Program-made: the position numbers and the translations under genes
Source: a virus
Lineage: Duplodnaviria; Caudoviricetes
Virus record (IMG/VR): IMGVR_UViG_3300011008_000016
Coordinates: 96,001-160,000 of that record
Strand: one strand, 5' to 3'
DNA length: 64,000 bases
The notes under the pieces: generated by a model
Database searches by the model: none
Told to the model about the DNA's origin: nothing
Seen by the model: only the letters and a program-made list of their open reading frames with translations
Shown here: piece by piece, positions 17,568 to 28,220 of the stretch
How the letters are laid out: every line of letters starts with the position of its first letter
How positions within the stretch are numbered: position 1 is the first letter of the stretch

Positions 17568-20288
17568 CTATTCCCTTATAAGTTTGTAGTCCTCTGGAGT
17601 AAAGTTTTGACTCGGGACATGAACGATGAACTTATTTTCGGACGCAGAGATGACACTATCAGTGGTTTGTAGAACATTCACATTGTACATATCAAACATA
17701 GAGTTATGGGAAATTAAGAATATCTGAGTTGCATTGATAGTCTTCATATACCTCTCTATGATATCAATATACTTAGAACGTCCATATTTATCTAATGCCG
17801 TATCCATTTCATCCAGAAGCATAATGTTATAAACTTTTGACACCAATCGAATAAGGACTAATGAAAAAGCTAATGACAGCATTGCTCGTTCACCATCCGA
17901 AGCTTCTGATATATCTCCGATAATAACTCCATTTTTCTTATATGGAATGGTGAACTCTTTATCGTCAATAATAAGTTTGTCTGGGTCTTTAATCAGAGTA
18001 ATACTCGGATAAGCAACATGCATTAATTCATTAATAGAATCGATCATCTGATTTCGAATGACATCATCTATAAATTCTACAGGAATTCCTTTTGATGGTG
18101 ATACCGCATCACGAATCATCATTGCTTCTGCATATTTATCGGTCAGAAGTTTCTTCTCTTTCTCAAGAGAATCAATTGCATCAAGAGTATTTCTTAATCG
18201 ATTTAGTTCCCTATTATTGTTATCCAACTGAAGTCGGATTGAAGAAGCTTCTGATTGTATTTTGTTAAGCTGTAAGGATAGGGAATCAAAATTCTTTTTA
18301 CACTCTTCCATTGAGTTAAGTTGCTTCTGAACTTCTTGAATTTCTTTCCTACAACCTTCTAATTCTTTTGCTAACTCAATTTCAGAAGCTAAATCTTTTG
18401 AAGATTGATTAAAGCTCTCCAATTCAGATTTATTGAATTCCAAATCCTTTTGATGATGAACAATAACTTCATCGGTTTCTTTAATTGCTTGAATAGTCCT
18501 CTCTAAATCCACTTTCATAGAATCATATAGAGAGATAGTTGTTTCAAGACCGGCTAATTGATCTTTAGTTGTTTTTTGTAAAGTGAGTAATTGTACTTTA
18601 CGAACTGCTTGTTCCAAATAGGATATCATGGATGACATTAATTCTGTATTGTAAATCTGTCTATCCATTTTCAAATATTCCAACACGAATGTTTCTGGAT
18701 CAAAAATATCCTTCGGAACAAGTTTAAAGTATTCATCGTGTTTATGAAGATATTTATAGAGTTTTTCTAATGAATAATAGATTACTCTATTATCTTCTGC
18801 AACTGCAAGTTTGTCTCGTTCCACATTGAATATCTTATCAGCCTTCTTCTTATCTGCGGACATGATTTCTACACTATTCTTATAGAACTTATAATAAGGA
18901 CACATGTCATACGTAGTACAAACATACGGGTCCTTTGAAGAAATCTTTGGAATCTTAATAGAACCAGAAATTCGGTTGGTTGCCTCCATTGTTTCAATTT
19001 TTTCCAATATAGCTTGATAAGCAACATCTAATTCAATTCCAAAATGTTTATTCTGTAAGAACTTCTTCAGGATTCCCTCAATAAGACTTTGGTCTCGTAC
19101 CTCAGTAATTAAATCGGTACATAGACCTCTAAGTTCATCCAAATAAATACTTGCAGTAACAAGGTTTTCTTTCTTTTTAGTGTAATCAACCCCATCTTCT
19201 ACGTCAATGTCAGACAGTCCGACCAATTCAGCTTCAATACTGGCAAGCAATTTCTCAAGTTCTATTTTGTTTGTACTATTCTCCATTCTATGAATGGAGT
19301 CTTCCAAACTATTCTTTGAACTGAGTTTAACTTCTTTGAAATCCAGTTCTGATTTAATCGTAGACTCTAATGAATCTATCCTTAGTTGAGTAGAAATAAT
19401 GTTCTTTGTAATATCATTTTGTTCGTTTTCCAATACGGCAACGTCTTGTGAGGTTTTTCTCTTTGCTTTCAGTTTTTCTACTTGAGTGAGTAATTCTGTT
19501 ATTTTACCTTCGCATAATTCATATTGTTCATAAGCCTCCTTGTTAATATCCAAATTGGCTTTTACGGAACCTTCATTTCGTAAAACATTAGCTAAATTAT
19601 CATCTAACTCAGCAATAATATGCTCAATCTGATGAATTTGATTTACAATATCATTTTTGTCATAGGAACCGTATCTATCTAACTTATCTACAACATTCGT
19701 TAAGACAGATTTTAAATCCCTAACAACTACCGTTGCATTCTTGTAATAGGTCATATAAATATTGAGTTCAGAGAATATCTTTACAGCAAGTTTCTTTCGT
19801 TCACCCGATGTATATTCCACCATACTTTTGACACTATTACCGAGAGCCAATAATGTAAGGAATGATTCATCAATGTAGAAATATTGCTGAACCAATTCCT
19901 TAAATGTCGTTACTAATCCGCTTGGATTCAGTTCTTCCCCATTTACAGAGAAAAAGCTTTTTGTTTGTATAGAATCATCCTGTTTCCGTTGGTATATATG
20001 CATACATTTAATGATAAGATCATCCATTCTATACCGGATAATCTTTCGACCATCTCGTTTTGCAATGATTAAATCTCCATTCGCTGATTCATCGCCAGTT
20101 GCTGAATTGAATGCAAATGGATGAATACACTTCAATATGGATGACTTCCCGGAGCCACTATCTCCTACAAGTAAATAGGTTTGATGTGGCATCTCGGAAA
20201 AATCCAAATAAAGTTTATCAATATGCATCCCAGTATGAATCTTAGCGAAATTTTCAAGATATAAATCTAAAACTTCAAATTCTTGCAT
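17568..20288 (-). CDS. sbcC: SbcC/Rad50-like SMC ATPase
   Basis: Walker A GDSGSGKS, long coiled coil, central C..YDMCPY hook-like site, ASDGE signature, LLDEMD Walker B, ISH. Confidence 0.92.
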   Translation of the reverse strand: MQEFEVLDLYLENFAKIHTGMHIDKLYLDFSEMPHQTYLLVGDSGSGKSSILKCIHPFAFNSATGDESANGDLIIAKRDGRKIIRYRMDDLIIKCMHIYQRKQDDSIQTKSFFSVNGEELNPSGLVTTFKELVQQYFYIDESFLTLLALGNSVKSMVEYTSGERKKLAVKIFSELNIYMTYYKNATVVVRDLKSVLTNVVDKLDRYGSYDKNDIVNQIHQIEHIIAELDDNLANVLRNEGSVKANLDINKEAYEQYELCEGKITELLTQVEKLKAKRKTSQDVAVLENEQNDITKNIISTQLRIDSLESTIKSELDFKEVKLSSKNSLEDSIHRMENSTNKIELEKLLASIEAELVGLSDIDVEDGVDYTKKKENLVTASIYLDELRGLCTDLITEVRDQSLIEGILKKFLQNKHFGIELDVAYQAILEKIETMEATNRISGSIKIPKISSKDPYVCTTYDMCPYYKFYKNSVEIMSADKKKADKIFNVERDKLAVAEDNRVIYYSLEKLYKYLHKHDEYFKLVPKDIFDPETFVLEYLKMDRQIYNTELMSSMISYLEQAVRKVQLLTLQKTTKDQLAGLETTISLYDSMKVDLERTIQAIKETDEVIVHHQKDLEFNKSELESFNQSSKDLASEIELAKELEGCRKEIQEVQKQLNSMEECKKNFDSLSLQLNKIQSEASSIRLQLDNNNRELNRLRNTLDAIDSLEKEKKLLTDKYAEAMMIRDAVSPSKGIPVEFIDDVIRNQMIDSINELMHVAYPSITLIKDPDKLIIDDKEFTIPYKKNGVIIGDISEASDGERAMLSLAFSLVLIRLVSKVYNIMLLDEMDTALDKYGRSKYIDIIERYMKTINATQIFLISHNSMFDMYNVNVLQTTDSVISASENKFIVHVPSQNFTPEDYKLIRE

Positions 20289-20289
20289 G

Positions 20290-20568
20290 TTATAAATCCT
20301 CTCTAACTGGTATCATTTGATAATTTTTAAACTTCTCTTTGCGACGATAATATGGGTTTGTGATGATGTCTTTTAATTCGCCAGAGACATAATCAAATAC
20401 CCATTCGTTTTTCGTCATTTGTCCATAGACACCTGAGTTTGTTCCATTCCATCGGTTAAGATGTACCGAGAGAAATTTTTCTCCAGTCTCGATACATTCA
20501 AACGCTGATAGTTCATATTGAATGTGAAATTTCTTTAGAAATTCTACAAAGTCCTTTAAACAATCCAC
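20290..20568 (-). CDS. Hypothetical protein
   Basis: 92 aa ORF, GTG start, SD GGAGG. Confidence 0.6.
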   Translation of the reverse strand: MDCLKDFVEFLKKFHIQYELSAFECIETGEKFLSVHLNRWNGTNSGVYGQMTKNEWVFDYVSGELKDIITNPYYRRKEKFKNYQMIPVREDL

Positions 20569-20583
20569 CTTGTATCATACCTC

Positions 20584-20772
20584 CTAGTATATAATATCGT
20601 TAATACCGAGTTTTTCGGTTAGTTCAAATAAAGTATTTGATACAGACAAATCTTCAGCAAAGGTATTAGTTCTAATTCCTTCAGCCATTTCGTCTGCCAT
20701 TTTAAATATAGTCTTCAGAAGATTAAGTTCTGCTTCAGTAAACTCATCTTCTGTAAATGGTTTTCTATTCAT
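20584..20772 (-). CDS. Hypothetical protein
   Basis: ATG after AAAGGGAG. Confidence 0.6.
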   Translation of the reverse strand: MNRKPFTEDEFTEAELNLLKTIFKMADEMAEGIRTNTFAEDLSVSNTLFELTEKLGINDIIY

Positions 20773-20853
20773 AATCGTCTCCCTTTCCAAATATAAAAAA
20801 GTAAGGTGACAAAGAATGTCACCTTACTTCTAAGTTTGTCTCTTCACAAGATG

Positions 20854-21456
20854 TCACTGTACATGAACCGATACTTTCGTTGGGTTTTTAGCATCCGATG
20901 TATCTTTTGCTCCATAGTGGTAGTTTACATCATCCGAAAACATTTGAGATTTTGCACTATACTGCCGCCGATTCATTCCAAGGACAAAATTTCTAACCTG
21001 TTCAATGTTATCCGCAAAAACTCGCATTACTGTTAAAGCATCTTTTACATTTCGTCTTTTACTGAGTAAATCCCTTTGCATATCGAACAACTCAACTTTT
21101 TGTTCTGTTGTGAACTGTTGTCCTGATAAGCTTGGAGTCATTCTGTGAGAAATGTCCGATAGTTGATCTTCTAACTCTCGAAATTGAGCATTTGTCTCTG
21201 CAATCTTTTCATTCATAATAAGACAAATTGTGTCCAGAAACGAAATGCTAAAGTCAAGCTTATAGTCCGCAAAACTTGCAATGCCATCTAACGAGGTTGT
21301 ATCGAAATATTTATCCAAAATCTTTTGTAATGCGGTCACTTCTGTATCAGTTGCGTTTAATCCAAATAACGAATGACCTTCTGCATATTCTCTACCATCT
21401 ACGAGACTTACATGATACCCGAAATCCTTATCGGATTTGAATACTGTCTCATTCAC
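20854..21456 (-). CDS. Coiled-coil hypothetical protein
   Basis: 200 aa ORF, SD AAAGGAGG. Confidence 0.7.
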   Translation of the reverse strand: MNETVFKSDKDFGYHVSLVDGREYAEGHSLFGLNATDTEVTALQKILDKYFDTTSLDGIASFADYKLDFSISFLDTICLIMNEKIAETNAQFRELEDQLSDISHRMTPSLSGQQFTTEQKVELFDMQRDLLSKRRNVKDALTVMRVFADNIEQVRNFVLGMNRRQYSAKSQMFSDDVNYHYGAKDTSDAKNPTKVSVHVQ

Positions 21457-21468
21457 TTTATTCCTCCT

Positions 21469-22491
21469 TTAATCCAACGTTCTATCGTTGGTTGTCATAT
21501 TAAGTCCAGTCATCTTATACCAAACCCCGTCTTCCCGACTGATAACTTTAAATGTATATTCCAAATCGATGATCTCACACCAATTAATGAAATACGGTAA
21601 CGTCATCTTCTGTTTACTTTTCAATGCTGATTTCATGTTGTTAATAAGATGCTGGGTTGGACTTTTCTTTCGATAATCCTTTAAGTCGATAAGCTTCTGC
21701 CAAAGTGCTAACTTTATACCACGTTTTAACGGGTCTTCGCCTTTCACACAAGGTACTGTAAAACACTCCTTTGTCTCATCCGGTATATCTTCCCAAGGAT
21801 ACTCTTCTTTGTTATTAAGAACAATAACACTTCCCATAGGATTTGGTACATCAACATCAATATTGTCGATTGTAATTTCCCAATCCAAATCGAAACTATT
21901 ACACCATGATAAGAATTTTAGGATTGACATATTCTTCGTTGCACCATTTAATGCACTTTTAATATTGTCAAGCCCATGCTTCTTATCGAATGAACCTCGA
22001 TACTCATTAAGTACTGGCTTCATATGACGAAGCATAAGTTTAATGATTCTCTCCAAAGGATCGTCTGTTGGTTCTAAGTCCGGCATATAGATTTCTCCGA
22101 TTGGAGTTATCTTAATATTACCTGACCGAATGATGTTGTTATTCTTCTTATAGTTTTCGGCATATAACATTGCCATTTCTTCAAATGTTTTACTGTCGTT
22201 TATTCTCTCTTCATATTCTTCTCTCGACAATATAAACTTCTTATGATACTGGTCTGCAATGTCTTCTGTATGTGGTTCTACCATATATTTATCACCTATC
22301 TGTACGATAAAACCAGGCTTGACATCACTAAGAGAACCATGTGGTATCACACGATAAATTGCATCCCCGATTAGATAAACGTGCTTATCATCTAATCGGA
22401 ATGGTCTTACTGTTGATTCATCAAGTTCCACCACGGGAAGCACTGAGTCTTCCCATGGATCACAGAAAATAGGGTCTTTCGTAAGTAACAT
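21469..22491 (-). CDS. Protein with two tandem HTH-like repeats
   Basis: DPLERIIKL...NIKSALN...KFLSWC..FDLDW and DPLKRGIKL...NMKSALK...YFINWC..IDLEY. Confidence 0.65.
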   Translation of the reverse strand: MLLTKDPIFCDPWEDSVLPVVELDESTVRPFRLDDKHVYLIGDAIYRVIPHGSLSDVKPGFIVQIGDKYMVEPHTEDIADQYHKKFILSREEYEERINDSKTFEEMAMLYAENYKKNNNIIRSGNIKITPIGEIYMPDLEPTDDPLERIIKLMLRHMKPVLNEYRGSFDKKHGLDNIKSALNGATKNMSILKFLSWCNSFDLDWEITIDNIDVDVPNPMGSVIVLNNKEEYPWEDIPDETKECFTVPCVKGEDPLKRGIKLALWQKLIDLKDYRKKSPTQHLINNMKSALKSKQKMTLPYFINWCEIIDLEYTFKVISREDGVWYKMTGLNMTTNDRTLD

Positions 22492-22823
22492 TACTTATCA
22501 CCTTCCTGTTTAAGTGCCTTTTTATCATTAGGCATATCCCTTTGTTTCTTAATCGCCTCTTCTAATTTCTTCGGGTCATTGAATACTTCTGCAATCTTGA
22601 GCAGATTCTCATACGTATTTACCATTGTATTCATATGGTTGATGATTAATGGATTCTTTTCAACTTCTGGTAAATTATGATACTCTGCCCAGACCGCTGT
22701 TAAAGCTGCCATTTCTTTGTTGATGAGTCCTACATAATCCTTCACCATATCCCCAGATATAGGAGGGATAGCCATTGTTTCTTTGAAAAGCTCTTCTAAA
22801 TCTTTCTCTTTGTTGTATTCCAT
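22491..22823 (-). CDS. Hypothetical protein
   Basis: 110 aa ORF with SD, coupled to the next gene. Confidence 0.65.
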   Translation of the reverse strand: MEYNKEKDLEELFKETMAIPPISGDMVKDYVGLINKEMAALTAVWAEYHNLPEVEKNPLIINHMNTMVNTYENLLKIAEVFNDPKKLEEAIKKQRDMPNDKKALKQEGDK

Positions 22824-22854
22824 TGTATTTATACCTCCCGTTTTTTATTGTAAT

Positions 22855-23097
22855 TTACGTTTGATTGCTGGCTATAAACGTAGCCAACAATGTAAGCTGA
22901 TATTCATATAACTTGAAATTAGATTTTGCAAGCATAATTTTAAGTAACTGCTTAATTGCATCAATATTGTTACTGTCTGCATCTTGAACCATCTTTTGAA
23001 ATTCTTCAGGTGTGGGTTTTGGGACTTCATTAAAGTTCACCATAGGTAGTGTAGTCATTCGTATTTTACCTGTCACTCCTTTCTTATAAGTCATCAA
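22855..23097 (-). CDS. Hypothetical protein
   Basis: Short ORF in operon; start uncertain. Confidence 0.5.
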   Translation of the reverse strand: MMTYKKGVTGKIRMTTLPMVNFNEVPKPTPEEFQKMVQDADSNNIDAIKQLLKIMLAKSNFKLYEYQLTLLATFIASNQT

Positions 23098-23824
23098 GTG
23101 TTTCTGGTTTCTTTTGTTCTGGTGGCGGAGTCTTTACAAATTCTTTTTCCAATGCATTTCCAAAGAGACTCCTACCTTGACCATACTTATTCTTTGTTTC
23201 TGGTGGTTTTTGTTTCTCTATTTCATTTAATGTAGTTTCCACCGACATTTTCTTCATTCCAATATAACACTGTAATACCGATAATCCTAATTGATAAACG
23301 TCAATATGTTCAAATAAATCCATCATACCTTCAAATTCATCAATAGATAAATCTGCTTGGTTCTCTTCTCGATTGATAGTGACATTTACCCCTGGGTATG
23401 AAACGTTGTGTCTGTCTGTTGTAATTGTTGGGATGAACCTTAATAGTTGACCCATTCCAAGAGGAATTACAACCGCATCCCGGTCATCTGTTACTATTTC
23501 TGAGATTTTCCCTTGGGCATCATATCGGTATAAATCATCTCTTTGAAAGTTTCGATAGAATTTACGAAACCCTAATCGAAGTTGATAAATATTCTTCTGA
23601 GTAATAATAACCTGATGATGTTTATCCCAAGGGGTATCTTTTGGTGTATAACGTATCACTACATGTGAATGAGGGTTAATTTTATAGAAATCCCCCCGTT
23701 CATTTGAATACTTACTAAACGCATAGTTGCCATTATTGTCAACTACCGTTACCGTAAGTAATACTGATAACAATGGGTCCCTGTATGGGATGGGACCATA
23801 TAGTTGACTGCTAATGGTCTGCAC
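23084..23824 (-). CDS. Hypothetical protein
   Basis: 246 aa ORF, GTG start with SD. Confidence 0.7.
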   Translation of the reverse strand: MQTISSQLYGPIPYRDPLLSVLLTVTVVDNNGNYAFSKYSNERGDFYKINPHSHVVIRYTPKDTPWDKHHQVIITQKNIYQLRLGFRKFYRNFQRDDLYRYDAQGKISEIVTDDRDAVVIPLGMGQLLRFIPTITTDRHNVSYPGVNVTINREENQADLSIDEFEGMMDLFEHIDVYQLGLSVLQCYIGMKKMSVETTLNEIEKQKPPETKNKYGQGRSLFGNALEKEFVKTPPPEQKKPETLDDL

Positions 23825-23842
23825 AGCTCTATCCTTTCTAAA

Positions 23843-24121
23843 TCACGATTCCCCTTTACCATAGAGCTCTATTAACTCTTCTGGTATATCGACTTCTTTC
23901 AGCATATCCAGTAACTGAATGTTTTCTTCAGGACTTATAGTATCGGTTATCAGATTGAGATTCTCTTCTGAAAATAATGAATCAACCGGAATCTTGATAG
24001 TTTCTCCCGTCTGAAGCTTCATCACAAACAAATGTCTATTATCATCCTTTGTAAATGTAAAGGATGAAGGATTCTTCCCTTTTGTTGCTTTGAGTACATT
24101 TTCTAAACCATTAAAAATCAT
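23843..24121 (-). CDS. Hypothetical protein
   Basis: 92 aa ORF, SD AAAGGAG. Confidence 0.65.
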   Translation of the reverse strand: MIFNGLENVLKATKGKNPSSFTFTKDDNRHLFVMKLQTGETIKIPVDSLFSEENLNLITDTISPEENIQLLDMLKEVDIPEELIELYGKGES

Positions 24122-24146
24122 TATAGTTCTCCTTTCTTAAATTTAT

Positions 24147-24458
24147 CTAAGCCATTGATGTTGTTTCCTCTTGTTTCTCCATTTCTGTATAAATATCCAC
24201 CAACCTTTCAGGATGTTCTGCATTATATCGCATGATTTCATCTAACATAACCTGGAGGTCATGTGGTAATGGTTGATATTCAGTTTCATCAAAGTTGTCC
24301 ATTAGATTAGATAATGAGATTTCAGCGGTTGAGTTGTCTATAAATGTTATGAGAACATATCGACCATCCTCTTTATCCAAAATATTAAGCTTATTAATGA
24401 TACGGTCGGTCGGTGATATATCTATGCCACAGATGTTTATGCTGCTCACCCCTTTCAT
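24147..24458 (-). CDS. Hypothetical protein (start uncertain, possibly ATA at 24440)
   Basis: Track ORF start overlaps the RNAP gene and its terminator; SD AAAGGGGTG lies 6 nt before the in-frame ATA. Confidence 0.55.
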   Translation of the reverse strand: MKGVSSINICGIDISPTDRIINKLNILDKEDGRYVLITFIDNSTAEISLSNLMDNFDETEYQPLPHDLQVMLDEIMRYNAEHPERLVDIYTEMEKQEETTSMA

Positions 24459-24519
24459 TAAAATAATCCCAAGCCAAATTATTTCTTGGCTTGGGATATA
24501 TATCTCTTTAATATTGTAT

Positions 24520-26169
24520 TCAATCCGCCTCTTCTTTATTAAGAGGTTTGATTGATATATTGTCAATGAATTCCAATGCGTTGTTAAACTTAACTGGATC
24601 AATGGTAATTGCATCATCGTTTTGGTCTGCTGTGATAACTCCAAGAGTTACCATCAGATTGAAGAATGCATCTTCTGGTTCTGGCGGTGCGCCCTTAAAG
24701 AATAATCCGTCCGTTTCACAAAGCGGATTAATATAATTCGTAATACCAGGATCAGATGCGCTACAAGTATCCAGTCCCAAAATACCAATATGACTTGGAT
24801 GTAATGCTCTCTGCCGTGCTGCAATATTCCTTGAATTCTTATTCCCCAGAGAGTTTGGTCCTTTCATTGTGACCTTAAACTTCTGGAAGAAATTCATGTC
24901 GTTGACAAGGTCATCATACTTCATAAGACCAGATGTATGAATCTTAGAAATGACCTCATTTCCTTTGAAACTAAAGAAGTTCCGATATTTTGTAATCAGA
25001 GCTTCCTTTGTAATCACCGTCGTATTGACAAACTTCTTGATATGCTCAGAAATAATCAGATTCACAGAAAATCCGATATATTGATTGCACCGAAGCCTTT
25101 TATAGAGGATATCCAGATTATCTTTAGCCCTTAATGTATCATAATTCTGACATATCCAACGGATAATGTTATAAATCGTATCCTTGTTATGTGTAGTTGT
25201 TCGCAATGTTTCCCGTGATGATTTATCCTGCATCCTTGCAAACAACGTCTGATATCTTCTGCCTAGTTCATAATGGGCTTCTTTCTTTGCCGTTTTCTTT
25301 GTCGCACCAATCCGAGTAATCCAAGAGTCTTTATCCTCTAATTCCTCATACATTGTTCTTGGGAGGATTATCTCTGCAATCGTCCCAACAATGTTTCGGA
25401 CATACTCAGATGCAAAGAATGCATTCTTGTCAATCTCAATCAGAATACTTTTATTCGCCTCGATATAAATCGCATCTGGACGTTTTCCAAATTCATCCAA
25501 ATCTTTTACCGAGATGATCGAAATGAACTGACCGACATTGAAATATTCAATTGTATCTCGAACACCCATCTTTGCAAAATAATACAGAAAGATATTTACA
25601 AATTCGTCCATCATATATGCATGAAATGCATGGACGTTGTGATACTCACTGTCAATTGTTCGAATTTCAATCGGGACTTTCTTGACCCTTATTGGCATAA
25701 GAGATTTCATAACCAAGTTACTACTTGTAACATAAGTTGATGTCTCTGTCAACTGATATTGGGGTGTATAACTAACACCTTTCAACAATAATTTTCCATG
25801 TTCATCTGGAATTGGAATCAATTCCTTAACTGTAAAGTCCAACTCTACTGGACTACCTTCGAATTCATCACTGACATGGAATTTCATGATTAATTCCCCA
25901 ACCCGACTCTGTTCAACATGAACAAACTTTTGTTTCTTGTCTGCTTGTTTCTTTGAACGAGTCCGTTCATAGGAACTCATCTCCATCTTATCCACATCAA
26001 TGATGAACTTACTCCCGACAAAGGAGATTGTATCAAGTACATCGTGAATACATGAAAAACAATCGACGACATAATCTTCGATTGGTTTCTCAAACTCACG
26101 ATTCATAAGTCTCTGATTAATCCGACTTTCGTCTGGATTTTTATAGTGCTCATAAATCCTATGAATCAT
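24520..26169 (-). CDS. Non-virion multisubunit RNA polymerase beta subunit, N-terminal part
   Basis: LLLKGVSYTPQYQL and RQRALHPSHIGILGLDTCSASDPG (beta H.S.YGR...T..G equivalent). Confidence 0.85.
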   Translation of the reverse strand: MIHRIYEHYKNPDESRINQRLMNREFEKPIEDYVVDCFSCIHDVLDTISFVGSKFIIDVDKMEMSSYERTRSKKQADKKQKFVHVEQSRVGELIMKFHVSDEFEGSPVELDFTVKELIPIPDEHGKLLLKGVSYTPQYQLTETSTYVTSSNLVMKSLMPIRVKKVPIEIRTIDSEYHNVHAFHAYMMDEFVNIFLYYFAKMGVRDTIEYFNVGQFISIISVKDLDEFGKRPDAIYIEANKSILIEIDKNAFFASEYVRNIVGTIAEIILPRTMYEELEDKDSWITRIGATKKTAKKEAHYELGRRYQTLFARMQDKSSRETLRTTTHNKDTIYNIIRWICQNYDTLRAKDNLDILYKRLRCNQYIGFSVNLIISEHIKKFVNTTVITKEALITKYRNFFSFKGNEVISKIHTSGLMKYDDLVNDMNFFQKFKVTMKGPNSLGNKNSRNIAARQRALHPSHIGILGLDTCSASDPGITNYINPLCETDGLFFKGAPPEPEDAFFNLMVTLGVITADQNDDAITIDPVKFNNALEFIDNISIKPLNKEEAD

Positions 26170-26208
26170 GATTACTTACTCCCTTCGTTATTTATAGTTA
26201 CATAATAT

Positions 26209-26736
26209 CTATTTGTTATTTGTATCCGGAATTTCGGTCATAATAACATGATGAGTTGTTGTTTCACTCTCAGCATTATCATCAACCGGATTATGCGTAT
26301 TGACTATTGTGAATTTATGCCCATTGAGATTAACGATATCTCCTGTTTCAAGACCAATCTTGTTTACCCAGTCCTCAGATTCCTTTACGATATCCTTTAT
26401 ATCATTCCAAGAAAATTCTTTTCTCTCTCGTCCGTGTACTTCTTCAAATGTATGGGTTGGCTCATTGTATTCATCAACATTCTTGATTTCATCTTTACTA
26501 AAAGCCCAAGTGATTCCATAATCCTTATAATAATACATGTTACAATCAGGACCCGGAAAACCCCATACGTAAACAAGTCCTATGCTTGACATCCGTAAAG
26601 AATTGTCCCTTATGAAAATGATTTCATCCCGCTTTTTATCGCCATTAACATTGATGAATGGATGCCCATGCATATAGCCGTAGATTCCATTTACATCATC
26701 AGATAGGAATTTTTCTCTAATTTCATCTGTTGTCAT
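26209..26736 (-). CDS. Hypothetical protein
   Basis: 175 aa ORF with DYGITWAFSKDE motif. Confidence 0.7.
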   Translation of the reverse strand: MTTDEIREKFLSDDVNGIYGYMHGHPFINVNGDKKRDEIIFIRDNSLRMSSIGLVYVWGFPGPDCNMYYYKDYGITWAFSKDEIKNVDEYNEPTHTFEEVHGRERKEFSWNDIKDIVKESEDWVNKIGLETGDIVNLNGHKFTIVNTHNPVDDNAESETTTHHVIMTEIPDTNNK

Positions 26737-26921
26737 TAGACATCCTCCTCTGTTTTTTGTGAATCAACGTAAATATCAATTACGCAATATTTTGGAAACC
26801 CAACAATTTTACCTCGAATCATGTTTGATTCGGGTTTACTGTTTTCATCTGGGACAAATTCATATTTCATATCAATTGATTTGTCGCTGTATCGTTCACA
26901 CAAATTATGAATTAACGACAT
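26736..26921 (-). CDS. Small hypothetical protein
   Basis: 61 aa, TAATG coupling at both ends. Confidence 0.5.
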   Translation of the reverse strand: MSLIHNLCERYSDKSIDMKYEFVPDENSKPESNMIRGKIVGFPKYCVIDIYVDSQKTEEDV

Positions 26922-27040
26922 TATATAATCATATTGATTTTGACCTTCCGCTTCCTGTGCATCACATTATGAACATATGAAGCAAATGTCTGTTCTCTCA
27001 TATAATCATCCGTATAGATTGATGGTAACATTAAACTCAT
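26921..27040 (-). CDS. Small hypothetical protein (39 aa, below track cutoff)
   Basis: MSLMLPSIYTDDYMREQTFASYVHNVMHRKRKVKINMII*, SD GGAG, stop overlaps the next ATG. Confidence 0.5.
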   Translation of the reverse strand: MSLMLPSIYTDDYMREQTFASYVHNVMHRKRKVKINMII

Positions 27041-27124
27041 AACTATTCTCCGTTTTAATCTAAAAAAGATACCGGGAACAAAATTCCCAGTATCTTTTTC
27101 TTTTGAAGTGAATCGGTTTTGCGT

Positions 27125-27394
27125 TTAGCTAACTGTAACTACAGAATAACTCTGCTTATGACAGTCCTGAATCTCCTTGATGATATTCATCGGTACTTCG
27201 CTTGTTCCGTTATCATCAACAAAACGAAGGCATGAACCATCCTGGCTCGTTCCTGTGCAACGAACTTCCTTGAAGACTGCCCCTGATGCTGTTACTACAT
27301 TTATAATGCCATCATTTTCAATGACATATTTGGTCTTGTCTTGACCGTCTTTTACAACGACGGTCGCACCGACACCACGTCGTACACTATTCAT
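27125..27394 (-). CDS. Small beta-rich hypothetical protein
   Basis: 89 aa, SD AAGGAGG. Confidence 0.65.
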   Translation of the reverse strand: MNSVRRGVGATVVVKDGQDKTKYVIENDGIINVVTASGAVFKEVRCTGTSQDGSCLRFVDDNGTSEVPMNIIKEIQDCHKQSYSVVTVS

Positions 27395-27431
27395 TTGAAT
27401 AACCTCCTTAGTTTTTATTGAGGTGTTCTTC

Positions 27432-28220
27432 TTACATCTTCTCTGTCAAATCGTCACCCTTTGCATTATCCTTCTTGAAAATCTGATTCGGGGTGATATA
27501 CAACGTATAATCAACCGGGTCTCCTTCTTCGATTCCACCTTCCTTACTGATGCCAACCTTCAGCAAGTCGGCAAAGTTGATTTCAACGCCGATTTCTCCA
27601 TCATCCTTATGCTTAATGAGCCACTCCTTTGTCTGTCTAAAGAAGTGAACCACAACAAGCGGTAACAAGAACCACTGATCCGGAGTTGTTAAAATACCAT
27701 AATTCGACAACTCCTTCCAAGCCTCCATCGAAATGTCCTTAATGGTTTCCCTTTCTTCAAAGAACTGAATCGGGAGAGCCGGGCACTTTTCTTCTTCCAA
27801 AATATTCGCTATATCAAGCGGAACTTCATCCTGATAAGGCAAGGATGCATTCTCATACTTGAATTCGCTCCTGCAATGAATAACTGGAGTCAAATTCCCG
27901 AATTTGTCTGCATCAGAAGTTGCTGTATACTGAACTCCCAGCTCCATCAAATCACCGATAACAACAGAGGATTCGCCATCTTTCATTGCATCTGATTTGC
28001 TAATTTTACTGAATGATGCATGAACGAATTCGATAACCATCCTCGGGATTGCTTCCCAAAGCTTTACTTTCTTCAACTCACTGAAGTTGTCATTGAGATA
28101 GTTCTGAGTTGCCTGTGCAATCTCACGAATCTCCGCACGATTGTCGGAGATATCAAGAAGGGGATACTTACGTTCCTTCTCGATATGCTGCTGCTTGATT
28201 TTTTCTTCTAACGAAGTCAT
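27432..28220 (-). CDS. Protein with two internal repeats, possibly HU/IHF-like DNA-binding
   Basis: Helix-helix-beta repeat (IP.MV..F...VVIGDLMELG / LP.VV..F...INFADLLKVG); early promoter at 28283-28290. Confidence 0.55.
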   Translation of the reverse strand: MTSLEEKIKQQHIEKERKYPLLDISDNRAEIREIAQATQNYLNDNFSELKKVKLWEAIPRMVIEFVHASFSKISKSDAMKDGESSVVIGDLMELGVQYTATSDADKFGNLTPVIHCRSEFKYENASLPYQDEVPLDIANILEEEKCPALPIQFFEERETIKDISMEAWKELSNYGILTTPDQWFLLPLVVVHFFRQTKEWLIKHKDDGEIGVEINFADLLKVGISKEGGIEEGDPVDYTLYITPNQIFKKDNAKGDDLTEKM

